From assembly GCA_964016885.1 (NCBI GenBank), contig OZ024752.1, positions 29,512,001 to 29,576,000 of the forward strand: a stretch of DNA of 64,000 nt, given 5' to 3'. Positions 24,986 through 36,435 of this stretch are shown piece by piece. The position numbers and the translations under genes are program-made. How positions within the stretch are numbered: position 1 is the first letter of the stretch; each line of letters opens with the position of its first letter. The notes under the pieces are model-generated. The model worked only from the letters and a program-made list of their open reading frames with translations, ran no database searches and was not told the origin of the DNA. The stretch is from Eledone cirrhosa (taxonomy: Eukaryota).

Positions 24986-25289
24986 TAATCATGAAAAATA
25001 CATTCAAAACTAAGCAAAAATTTCAGCATATTCACTTCTGATTAAGAAACAAAAGAAATTCCTATTTCATTATTCCAGTATATCTGGAGTCTGAATATCA
25101 CTGCAACAATCTGGTCCTTTATAGAAAATATAATTCCCTATGTCAATAGATCAAAAAGATGTGTGTACTACCTGGTCAAGAAATATAACATCATTTTACA
25201 GTCTTTTGAGATGTACAAACATTTAGAATAGATGAGAACAAGCATCTAAAAAAAACAAAAAAAAACATTTTCCAATAACAAATAGAATA

Positions 25290-25478
25290 ATTGTTTCTAC
25301 TTTTAGCACAAGGCCAGTAATTACCCAGTGCATTACTGGTACTTTATTTTATCGACTCTGTAAGGATGAAAGGCAAAGTTAACCTCGGCAGGATTTGAAC
25401 TCAGAATGGCAAGGGCCGTAATTCCATGCGTCAAAGCATGGCGTCCGACCCTCTACCGATACTACCAATCCACCGTCC
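25290..25478 (-). mobile_element. SINE family 1, near full length (short subtype)
   Basis: Reverse complement carries head ggacggtggattggtagtatcggtagag, B box gagttcaaatcc and tail agtagaaacaattatt. Confidence 0.9.
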
Positions 25479-25933
25479 ATGATTAGCAATAGTTGACATT
25501 GCCTAAGTGATGATGGTAACAATTATAGCAGTAATTTATGTGGTCTTTCTACAGCTGATCACCTGATCAATTTATCAATGGTAATTGTATATTAGCTTTT
25601 GTGCCTATAGTTTTAGAACAAATAGTTTGAGTCTGGTGCCTATAGTTTTAGAACACATTCTTTCTCTGGATATACAGTGCAGAGTTTATCCAAACTTGAT
25701 ATAAAAACTAAACTTCTATGTGAACTATTGATTGCTCTTTTCTTAGAATCAAACATGATATGACGAACAATTTTCAAGCAAGCATATCATAGTCTACTGG
25801 GTATATTTAATATCTCCCCTCCAAACAACAACAAAAAAAATCCCTCCAAAAACGTGTTTATATATTTTAAAGATCCTTCATATACCTTGTAAAATCAAAT
25901 ATTTAATAAAATATTTTCTGAAATGTTGATTTA

Positions 25934-27015
25934 TCTATACTATAAAGCTGACGGCCGTATGTAGGTAACAAACTTTCCGCCAAATGGCTGGACCAAACAG
26001 CACCAAATTTGCACCAGAGATGTAACTTTTTCCAAGTAAAAAAGTGAGGGTACTTTTGTCTACTGAATTTTGTTAAAAGATTAAAGACATTATTTAAATA
26101 TTTACTTCTTTAAAATTTCAAATGTCAACACTTTCGGTTATACGTCATTCCTCACTTTTTCTTATGATGTTGCACAACATTCTCCTCTTTTTCTTAGTCT
26201 GCCGTTTTAGATAGATACATAGCTATAACGTAGCGACCTTTTAATATGTCTCTGTATGCCTGACTGTCTACATTAGATAACCTTTTTCAAAATATTTACT
26301 TCTGCCTTCACAGACGGATTTTTTTAGTTTCAGAAGATCCCATTAAGGGTGAAAGCAGCGATTCTTTGCTTAAACTTTAATCTGTTATTTTAATTTATAT
26401 ATATTCGTGTACAGATATTTTTGCATACACAAAAACAAAAACCTATTTATTTCACGAAAACACAGATGGCTTATCGTCATTGTTACTGTTCGAGGTTAGA
26501 GGACCACAGTCTTTCCAAGATCTGAGAACCATCAATGGCCATCAATGTTCCACTTACTGTTTGGCTTGCCAGATGCGTGGTATGTTACATGATGACAGCC
26601 ATTGGCACCTCACCCTGCAAGAAACAGCAACTGCTAAAGTCCCTTCTCAGCTGTGAAAACGTTTTGCTATTATGCTGCACAACTGCGATCTCGCCGACCC
26701 TCTCTCACTGTCGAACAATCACTGTGAAAGTCTAGCTGAAGACATCCTCTACCGCACACGCAGACACAATTCAAACGTAACATACAATGTCATTTTCAAT
26801 GAGGTGCTTATTTGTCTTGAAAACAGTGTCCTGGAGATTGGTGGTAGGCCTCTAAGTCACTACAGCTTATCTGCTCCTGACAGGAGTGTCCAGAGATCAA
26901 CGTCTACAGAGCTTCTCTGTGAGACGAGCTACAAAATCAGTGATTCTCCCATGGTCAATTGTATGTAGGATGCTCTAGGGTGAGCTCGCCAAACAATCTC
27001 TTCATCTTTGCTCTG
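25934..27015 (+). mobile_element. Internally deleted non-autonomous Helitron
   Basis: 5' end A|TCTATACTATAAAG; RepHel remnants LLLFEVRGPQSFQDLRTING and DDSHWHLTLQETA...QL*KRFAIMLHNCDLADPLSL; Pif1 motif VI HGQLYVGCSRV at ~26950. No clear 3' hairpin/CTAG seen. Confidence 0.8.
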
Positions 27016-27021
27016 GAGGGC

Positions 27022-27125
27022 AGCTTTCGGGGTCCTGACTCTTTTCCTATTACCCACTCTACTACCCTAAGTATCGAGTACTCTGGTATGTTATGGTCCA
27101 CCTGGTTTCTTACCACACTTTCTTT
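27022..27125 (+). repeat. Dispersed repeat fragment shared with 29188-29290
   Basis: ttttcctattacccactctactaccctaagtat(c/t)gagtactctggt..gttatggt occurs at both sites. Confidence 0.85.
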
Positions 27126-27216
27126 GTTATATATATACATGATGTGTGTGTAGAGTGTTTGTGTGAGTGTGGAGTGTGTGTGTGTGTTTGTGTATAGTAT
27201 GTGTGGTATAGAGTGG

Positions 27217-27260
<44 letters not shown>

Positions 27261-27313
27261 CGTGCAATGTCATGCTCGATAACGAGGGGGCAGCCATCAT
27301 ATATATATATATA

Positions 27314-28582
27314 CGCTCATAGCTGAATCAATGGCCGAGCTAGAGAAGAAATTCCAAACATGGAAGCACGGCCTAGAATCAAAAGGCCTTAAAATTAACC
27401 TGGCTAAGACTAAAGTTCTAGTTTGTAGGAAAGAAAATAAGGTGCCGGTCCCCTCCGGGAAATGGCCATGCTCAGTGTGTAGGAAAGGCGTAGGTAGAAA
27501 CTCCATTTTATGTCCCAAATACAAAGTATGGGTGCATAAAAGATGTAGTGGGATCACAGGTAAGCTAACTAAGAACACAGATTTTACATGTGGCCGGTGC
27601 TCTGGTGCAATAAGTAGCAGCAAGTCCCCACAAAATACTAACTCTTTCAATTGCGCAGAGGGTTCTATAGAAATAGTGGACAGCTTCCGTTACCTGGGTG
27701 ACAAAATCAGCAGTGGGGGAGGGTGCTCTGAAAGTACAGTAGCTAGAGTCAGAACTGGATGGAAAAAGTTCAGAGAGCTTATACCACTATTAGCCGCTAA
27801 AGGGTTCTCCCTAAAAATGAAAGGCAGGTTGTATGATGCCTGCATACGAACAGCAATGTTGCATGGCAGTGAGACCTGGGCATTGTGTGCAGAGGATATA
27901 TGCAGACTAGAGAGGAATGAAGCTTGCATGCTCCGCTGGATGTGTAATAGTAATATACGTGAACGGCAAAGCATAAACGAACTAAGGAAAAAATTAGAAA
28001 TAAGAGGGATCAGATGTTGTTTACTCGAGAGAAGGCTACGTTGGTATGGACACGTGATGCGCATGAAAGACGACAGCTGTATAACAAAGTGCAGGGCAAT
28101 AAAGATAGATGGTAGCTACAGAGTAGGCAGACCCAGGAAAACCTGGGACGAGCTGATAAATTCCGACCTCACACACTTACACCTCTCCAAGACAATGTCA
28201 CTGGACCGAGACCTTTGGCGGTACTCAGTAACAGAGAAGACCCGCCTTACCTAAATACAAAGTAAAACCTACTAGTCAGTAGGCATCTCTAACAAAATAC
28301 ACCCCCGTCCCACCCCATCCACACCGCCCCCTTCAATGCAAAGTTATGTTGGTGCCACAACATCCAGGCCGAAACAAATGAGATCGTGTAGGTGTCACAA
28401 CAAAAAACACACAGTCCACGCTGTAATGTGGCCGTGTAGGCAACACGGTAAAAACCTCCCAGTCCCACACTGTAAATGTGGTTGGTATTAGGAAGGGCAT
28501 CCAGCTGTAGAAAACACGCCAGACAGTCCACGCTGTAATGTGGCCGCGTAGGCAACACGGTAAAAACCTCCCAGATGATGAT
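27314..28582 (+). mobile_element. 5'-truncated RTE-like LINE (RT C-terminal half with a Cys/His finger, plus 3' UTR)
   Basis: Open 307-aa ORF: GLKINLAKTKV, WPCSVCRKGVG..SILC....WVHKRCS...CGRC, FRYLG, LHGSETW, RRLRWYGHVMR, GRPRKTW; UTR ends in gatgatgat. Confidence 0.9.
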
Positions 28583-28690
28583 ATATATATAATAGTATGT
28601 ATGATTACACAGTTAAACTACTTCATAGTATTAAATGTGTTATCGAATAGCTGAATAGCTGAATACTTGGGTAGTGTAAATGTTTAGAAT

Positions 28691-28898
28691 GTTAGTTATA
28701 GTTCAGCCTAACATTTCGTGACTGCAACTTTCATATCCTGAGGATATCCTTAGGGTAATCCCTAGACAAGAATGTGGTACATATTACAACTGTTACCCTA
28801 TCATACTATCACATGATCATTGCTCTTGGGATTCCCTATGGATAACCTAAAGATAGGAAAGTTGAAATTATGAAATGCTAAGCTGAATTATAACCAAC
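28691..28898. mobile_element. Fold-back / MITE-like element with ~75-bp imperfect inverted repeats
   Basis: gttagttatagttcagcctaacatttcgtgactgcaactttcatatc... is inverted against ...gataggaaagttgaaattatgaaatgctaagctgaattataaccaac. Confidence 0.7.
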
Positions 28899-28943
28899 GC
28901 ACACACACACGTGTGTATAGGTAGGTATGTGTGTGTGTGTGTG

Positions 28944-29030
<87 letters not shown>

Positions 29031-29039
29031 CAAATTTAA

Positions 29040-29290
29040 TATAGAAATGGCTTCTACAGGGCTAGAACTGTTTCCTTGTATACCCTCTACTAATGTATTG
29101 AGTACCTTACTTACTGTGGCAGAGCTCAAGCTGTTTCGACGGCTATTTCTGGACTGAAATAGCTGTCGAAACGGCTTGAGCTCTGCCGTCGGGGTCATAC
29201 ATTTTCCTATTACCCACTCTACTACCCTAAGTATTGAGTACTCTGGTGCGTTATGGTTCATCCGGTTCCTTACCACAACTCCTTCGTTTT
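29040..29290 (+). repeat. Dispersed repeat within (TA)n, containing a 32-bp hairpin (29118-29187)
   Basis: Arms GGCAGAGCTCAAGCTGTTTCGACGGCTATTTC and GAAATAGCTGTCGAAACGGCTTGAGCTCTGCC, loop TGGACT; flanked by TA microsatellites. Confidence 0.8.
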
Positions 29291-29649
29291 ATATATATAT
29301 ATACACATATATAAATATGTATGTATATACAAACACACACATACACACACACACACACATTTGAAAATGTGGGTGTCCCAAACACAGAAAATAACTGTAA
29401 TAACAGTCAGTCACGATGAACAATAGCTTGGAAGATCAGGTAAAATACCCCTAGAGGCAGAAAAAAGTGCTACAGAGAACTCTGTACCTCTCTAATGCTG
29501 TATAAGGGCATTAACCATTACAATAAGGGGCAACTGACCACCAATTCTGTCTGAATTAAGGTGCTATACTAAACAGCTTGTGGTTAGAGATAGAAGTAAA
29601 GTGTGAGTCATAATGGAAGTGTATATAAAGGCATATGTAATATTTTTAT

Positions 29650-30240
29650 ATCATCATCAACCTGCCATGCTTGCTGCACGGATAGCCATGACTTATTCTC
29701 TCCCATCTGTTCAGTCTGCCATTGCTCATGGTAGGTCATCTCAGGTGCACTCAGAATCCTCACACAGTTGCTTCATGAAGGTATGATGTGGTCTGCCAAC
29801 ATTTCCATACCCATGCTTTGGTTCCCAAAGAAGAATGCCACTGATGATCTCACCCTTAGCTCTCCAGCAATGTCCAGCAAATCTTGTTCTTCTTTCCAGG
29901 GCCTATGAGAGGGAGGTCGTCCAGCCAGTACTTTGTTCCAGGGCCCAAGAGCTAAGAAGGCCCCACAGCAACCATGCAACATCCATTTTGAGAAAAATCT
30001 TTGCCTGTTTTGGGCCCCAAAGGAGTCTTGTATCGCCTTGGAAATTTTCTCTTGGAGGCCCTGTTTCTTTCTCTGATGATGTGTGATATTGATGGTAAAT
30101 TACCACAGAGAAGTTCTTTTGTAAGGTGTTGTTTCCAGGAAAAGTCCAGAACAGCTTGAAGCATTCTTGTATAAGTTCTGTTAATTTTCATTTCAAGACG
30201 CTTTGCTACAGTCCATGTTGTACATCCATATAACATAACT
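29650..30240 (-). mobile_element. Decayed RTE-like LINE 3' fragment (different family), interrupted by a MITE
   Basis: LYGCTTWT....EMKINRTYTRML.AVL..SWKQHLT...L.GNLP.IS..IRER, resuming after the insert as RFAGHCWRA..EIIS.ILLWEP.HG...GRP; (gat)n tail. Confidence 0.8.
29897..30063. mobile_element. hAT-like MITE nested in the LINE
   Basis: TIRs CAGGGCC...GGCCCTG; 8-bp flanks cttctttc / tttctttc (7/8 match); removing it rejoins the LINE peptide. Confidence 0.75.
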
Positions 30241-30859
30241 GCACAATCATTATGGGTATTTTAAACTATGATCATGCCACATCTACTTAGTATCCATGTG
30301 GGAACAAGCTTAAAATAGCACAATTTATTAAACATAAACATAGTATATATACCTTCATATACCCCCCCCCCCTTATTATATTACATATATGAAACCCCTA
30401 TGATGTTAAGAAATTCCATAGTTTTCCAAACTTTCAGTTAGATAGAAAGCTGTAGATATCTGTGTACAAGTTGGTAAACATAAACAGGGTATCAGAGTTT
30501 CACATGATCGTGTTTGTTTCACATGTAAATAGCATAACAAATTTACATTAGAACTTATTAAAATATACAACAGGCATGAAACTTAACACCTGTAGAGATC
30601 CCTTGTTGCCACTGCTTTCCTCCCACTCTTTCTGCAGCTACCATTATCATGTAACAGCTGTTTTACTATGCCAACATGAGTTAGACAAATTTACTTAGCT
30701 CTATATGTATTGCTTCAATTTTTTGTGTGTTTTAACAGATAAAACAAAAAGCTAATTATTTTATATTTAAATGTACATATGCAAATATTTTATAAATGTG
30801 TGTGTGTATTTTATAAATTTCTACCAACAAGAGAGAAAGAGTCAGTTTCTAACATAGAT

Positions 30860-31200
30860 GGAGGCACATGGCTTAGTGGTTAGAGCATTGGCCTTGCAAT
30901 CGAAAGGTTGTGAGTTCAATTCTCAAACCGGGTGATGTGTTGTTTCCTTGAGCAAGACACGTTATTTCACATTGCTCCAGTTTACTCAGCTGTAGAAATG
31001 AGATGACAGGGTCTGGGGTCCCTACCATTCCAGTGCAAAGTGGGTGTGGAGGTGCCATGGCAAAAAAGCACCCAGCACTCACTGTAAATGAAGTTGGTGT
31101 TAAGAAGAGCATCCAGCTGTAGAAATCAAGCCAGAATCAGTTCCCGTACCACCCTTGCAAGCAGGGAAAAGGGGACATAAAATGATGATGATGTCTCATC
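30860..31200 (+). mobile_element. Full-length tRNA-derived SINE family 2 (CORE-like centre, RTE-derived tail; OR1/OR2-like)
   Basis: A box TGGCTTAGTGG, B box GAGTTCAATTC, central ccttgagcaagacac...ctcagctgtagaaatgag, tail shared with the RTE 3' UTR, (gat)n end. Confidence 0.88.
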
Positions 31201-31600
31201 CTCCTCATCATCATTATTTAAAGTACCAGTAATACACTCATCATCATTATTTAAAGTACCAGTAATACACTGAAATAATTGCTGGCCTTGTGCCAAAAGT
31301 AGAAACAATTATTTAACGTCCCCCTTTCTTGCTAGCAAGAGTTGGATAGGTCCTCACAGACTCAGTTTACACTAAAGCAGGGCTACTGACCTCCTAGACA
31401 GGCAAGGGGTTCACATTTTGCTTACATATAGAGTGCATTTACTGAGGCACCAGCAATAGAAAAGTTATCATGTCTTTGACACAACTAGAGGGTCCTCCCA
31501 ATCCTTTGTTTGGCCAGCTTTCTATGGCTGCATGCCCTCATACAACCAACCACTTTTCAGCATATACTGGGTGTATCTGCTGTATGCCAGAAAACCATAT

Positions 31601-31810
31601 TTAACCCTTTAGCATTTAAACCAGCTGTATCCAGCCAGAATTCTCTCACCTCTTTCTACTGGCTGTAACTGGCCACTTATAGTGGTGTTAAGGTATTGTT
31701 CTCAAAATAAATAATATCCAAATTTCCTAGATTCGATATTATGTGAGATAATGCCTTTACCACGAAAATACAATAGTAAAAATAGAGTAATATAAATGCT
31801 AAAGGGTTAA
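31601..31810 (+). mobile_element. piggyBac-like MITE with perfect termini
   Basis: ttaaccctttagcattta ... taaatgctaaagggttaa: 18-bp perfect inverted match including the TTAA site. Confidence 0.88.
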
Positions 31811-32276
31811 ACATTATCCCAAAGTGCATCTGGCCACTAATTACCATCGTTGAGTGTCAAGCTAGAAGTGAGAACAACATATGGTTAATTTACAAAACAC
31901 TGGGAAATTTGAAAATATGTCTACCTTTTGTAGTGGCTTCTTCCCCCCAAAACAAACATTTGTTAAAATTTCCCCAATGTTGTGTACTGAACATGAAACC
32001 GTGAGGATGCAGATGTTTTATAAATACACATATATAAATATATGGATGAACAATTAAAGAATAACAAGATGTATACTGAATATAAAGAGCGGGAAATTGA
32101 ATGTACTGAGAAAAGTGACATATATTGAGGGAGGTGGACAAGAATAAGTTATGTATATAGTGAAGGAGGAGAAGAGAGTTACTATTAAATATTTTCATTT
32201 TCTTACTAATCATGCTTATGGAAGTAAATCTAATTCATATACCACCACCATAAATGAAACTTAAAGGTCAGTCTAC

Positions 32277-32338
32277 CTTGTGGTCCCAGCTGACAAGATG
32301 GAGAACACATTGTCGTGGAGGACAGTGAGGGAGACATG
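32277..32338 (-). CDS. Candidate 62-nt exon, e.g. (A)CLPHCPPRQCVLHLVSWDHK in phase 1 to 0
   Basis: ctataacttttgctccag|CATGTC...CACAAG|gtagac; GC-richer island in AT-rich DNA with a strong acceptor. All three frames are open, so the frame is uncertain. Confidence 0.4.
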
Positions 32339-32741
32339 CTGGAGCAAAAGTTATAGCAACAATAACTTATTCAGTTTACAGTTGAACATTCAAAATGAAA
32401 GAAATTAGAAATAGGATTATACAGCAAAAATTTAACTGGAAATATATGAGTAACATTTTTTTATTACAAAAAAAAAGAAAAAAAGAAAAAAAAAGAAAAA
32501 AGAAAACAAAAAAAAATAACTAAAGAACTAGTCAAATAAAAAAATTCTGGCAAATTTTGAAGTTTAATGAATCATTAAAATGACTTGAAGTAAAAGAAAC
32601 ACTTTAAGCGGAAACTGGGGCATTTTCAGCACATTTCTGTTATGGTGAGGAATATTTAATGTAACAATATAGTCGCAAACATTTGCTGTCCCCAGAACCC
32701 ACCCCCATTAAACATGGTACAACATTATTATTATTATTATT

Positions 32742-33950
32742 GGGCAGTGGATTGGCAGTATCTGTAGAGCATTGGGCAATATGTTTTATAGCATAGAGTT
32801 ACGACCCTTGACGTTCTGAGTTCAAATCCTGCCGAGGTTAGCTTTGCCTTTCATCCTTATGGCGTTGATAAAATAAAGTACCAGTCATACACTGGGGTCA
32901 AGTTAATCGACTTCCTCCTCCCCCAAAATTGCTGGCCTTGTGGAAAATATAGAAATAATAATAATTATTATTTTTTTTGTTGTAATTTTTTAGAATGAAA
33001 TTATTAGAATTATCAAGTAACAAAGTGACATGATGTTTATTTTCAGAAACATTGAAAGAGTTTGTATTGCTAATGGCAGAAATCACAGATTATGGGAATA
33101 TGAGAATATATTTGTTATTTTGAGTTAATATAATTTATTATTTTATAATAATAATAATTGTTTCTATTTTAGGCACAAGGCCAGCAATTACCCAGTGCAT
33201 TACTGGTACTTTATTTTATCGACCCCGTAAGGATGAAAGGCAAAGTCAACCTCGGCGGGATTTGAACTCAGATCGTAAAGGGACGTAACTATGCTGGAAA
33301 GCATGGCGTCCGACCCTCTACAGATACTGCCAATCCACCGCCATTTTATAATAATAATAATAATAATAATAATTGTTTCTACTTTTGGCACAAGGCCAGC
33401 AATTACCCAGTGCATTACTGGTACTTTATTTTATCGACCCCGTAAGGATGAAAGGCAAAGTTAACCTCGGCGGGATTTGAACTCAGAATGGCAAGGGCCG
33501 TAACTCTATGCGTCAAAGCATGGCGTCTGACATTCTACCGACACTGCCAATAATAATGGTTTCTTATATAGGCACAAGGCCATCAATTTTGGGAAAGTCG
33601 ATTAAATCGACCTAGTACATTACTGGCAATTTATTTTATAATCCCGTGAGGATGAAAGGCAACGCTAACCTTGGCAGTGTTTGAACTCTGAATGTAAAGG
33701 GCCGTAGCTCTATGCGTCAAAGCATGGTGTCCAACGTTCTACCAATACTGCCAATCCACTGCCCTAATAATAATAATAATAATGTTTCTACTTTTGGCAC
33801 AAGGCCAGCAATTACCACAGTGCATTATTGGTGCTTTATTTTATTGACCCCCTAAAGAAGGAAAGGCAAAGTTAACCTCAGCGGATTTGAACTCAGAATG
33901 TAAAGGGCCATAACTCTATGCTTCAAAGCATGGTGTCTGATGCTCTACCA
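32742..33950. mobile_element. Cluster of five SINE family 1 copies (32742-32960 plus; 33158-33342, 33372-33550, 33557-33765, 33783-33950 minus), mostly separated by (TAA)n
   Basis: Repeated, near-identical ~190-bp units with A/B boxes. Confidence 0.92.
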
Positions 33951-33959
33951 TACAGTCAT

Positions 33960-34465
33960 TGATGGAAATTTTGCCCCCCAAATGAACATCAAGGCACGTT
34001 ACCTGCAGCCTCAGATATTAAGGATGTATGAAAGGGTTCTTGCCATGCCCAGTAGGCATATCTTGTGAAGTGTTCCAAAAAAGCGGGCAGGGTTAATGGT
34101 CTTTAGTCATCTTTGGAAACTCTTTGAGACAGTACTTAGTTCTCCTATGACAATGAGGACGACCTTGAACTCATTACAGTCCCAAATCCTTTTCGGTTTC
34201 CATTTTAGATCCTGGCACCTATTAATTTTTTCCTTCTCCTTTTCTTGCACTCTAGTGTCAAAGAGGCAAGCTATATCTTTAATCAGGCAAGATCTTTTTT
34301 CCTTGCCACAATAGGCCTACTAGGTCAGGCCTATTGTGTTCTAATTCCTTATCTGTTTGTATTCTGAAATCCCACAGCACCTTCACTGGATCATTTTCTA
34401 TCACTGACTCTGGCTTGTGCTTATACCACTTCTCAGAGTGGGGTAAATTATTCAGTTTGCATATT
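33960..34465 (-). mobile_element. Decayed 3' fragment of the R4/Dong-like family
   Basis: Reverse complement aligns to 19440-19900 (cactctgagaagtggtat.agcac, gtgctgtgggattt, aatatctgaggctgcaggt). Confidence 0.85.
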
Positions 34466-34479
34466 TATTATTATTAGCA

Positions 34480-35137
34480 TTGGAAAACATGCTTTGTGGC
34501 ATATAGTAGCAGCGCTCTATGTTCTGAGTTCAAATCTTGCTGAGGCTAGCTTTGCCTTTCATCCTTATGGGGTTGATAAAATAAAATACCAGTAAAGCAC
34601 TGGGGTTGATCCAATTGACTTTCCCCCTCTACCCTTCAAATTGCTGGCCTTGTGCCAAAAGTAGAAACCATTATTATTATATAATTGTTTCTACATTTGG
34701 CACAAGGTCAGCAATAACCCAGTACATTACTGGTACTTTATTTTATCGACCCCGTAAGGATGAAAGGCAAAGTTAACCTCGACGGGATTTGAACTCAGAC
34801 CGTAAAGGGACGTAATTATGCTGGAAAGCATGGCGTCCGACCCTCCACCGATACTGCCAATTCACCTAGAAACATAGTACATATGTATTTATATTCTGAA
34901 AGATTTCAAATCAACATCCTGAAACATATTTTCAGAAATCTAATTATAATTGTTTCTTCTTTTGGCACAAGGCCAACAATTACCCAGTGCATTACTGGTA
35001 CTTTATTTTATCGACCCCGTAAGGATGAAAGGCAAAGTTAACCTTGGCGGAATTTGAACTCAGAATGGCAAGGGCCGTAACTCTATGCATCAAAGCATGG
35101 CGTCAGACCCTCTACCAATACTGCCAATCCACCGCCC
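34480..35137. mobile_element. Three further SINE family 1 copies (34480-34672 plus; 34684-34862 and 34950-35137 minus)
   Basis: Same family-1 motifs. Confidence 0.9.
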
Positions 35138-35191
35138 ATAATGGCAGTTTGTAAGTAATTATGAACAGACAAAATACACAACTTGATTCCT

Positions 35192-35419
35192 TTAACCGTT
35201 TAGCATTCACATTATTTTATATATACTATTATATTTTCATGGTAAAGGCTTTATCTTACATAATTATCTCACATAATATCGAATCTATGAGATTTTGAAA
35301 GTATTAATTTTGAGAACAATACCTTAACATCAGTTTGAGTGACCAGTTACAGCCAGTTTCAACAGAAAGAGGTAGAGAATTCTGGCCGGTTTTGGCCGGT
35401 TTGAACACTAAAGGGTTAA
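35192..35419 (-). mobile_element. piggyBac-like MITE copy
   Basis: ttaaccgtttagcattc ... cactaaagggttaa. Confidence 0.82.
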
Positions 35420-35453
35420 ACAACTATATATACTTATTTTGACACACACACAT

Positions 35454-35529
<76 letters not shown>

Positions 35530-35753
35530 ATATATTTTCACTATATATTTTCACTATATATATATATATATATTGATATATTAAAGTAGGTAAATGGAAT
35601 ATACAGATGGAAACACAATATTGAATAAATCTACACATTTATCTGGATATGTACATGCACACACACACACACTCACATGTATACACACACACATGCAAAC
35701 ACACACTCACATGCATACACACACATGCACACACATACATGCACCACACCGAG

Positions 35754-35789
<36 letters not shown>

Positions 35790-35911
35790 TGACCTATACA
35801 TGCCTTTCTACATGTAACAACATAAATCTCAAGGGTTTGTTTATGGTAATTTGAGGAATCAGATATGGCAACAATTTTAGGAGAGTGCAGTTCTGAGTCC
35901 CAATGCACCTT

Positions 35912-35989
35912 CACACATGTATAACACACAGACAGACAGACAGACAGACATGTATAACAGACAGACAGACAGACACACATGTATAACAC

Positions 35990-36020
<31 letters not shown>

Positions 36021-36059
36021 CACATGTATAACAGACAGACAGACAGACAAACATATATA

Positions 36060-36118
<59 letters not shown>

Positions 36119-36252
36119 CACATGTATAACAGACAGACAGACAGACACACATGTATAACACACAGACAGACAGACACACATGTATAACACACAGACAGAC
36201 AGACAGACACACATGTATAACAGACAGACAGACAGACACACATGTATAACAC

Positions 36253-36295
<43 letters not shown>

Positions 36296-36400
36296 CACAT
36301 GTATAACAGACAGACAGACAGACACACATGTATAACACACAGACAGACAGACAGACACACATGTATAACAGACAGACAGACAGACACACATGTATAACAC

Positions 36401-36435
<35 letters not shown>

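Noticed and set aside
30590-30637. Possible minus-strand exon LQKEWEESSGNKGSLQ (phase 0-0, would fit the chain)
   Set aside because: Weak acceptor (atggtag) and weak donor (gtgtta); not supportable without transcripts.
30860-30935. tRNA gene
   Set aside because: The tRNA-like head continues into a SINE body and tail, with no oligo-T terminator; it is a SINE.
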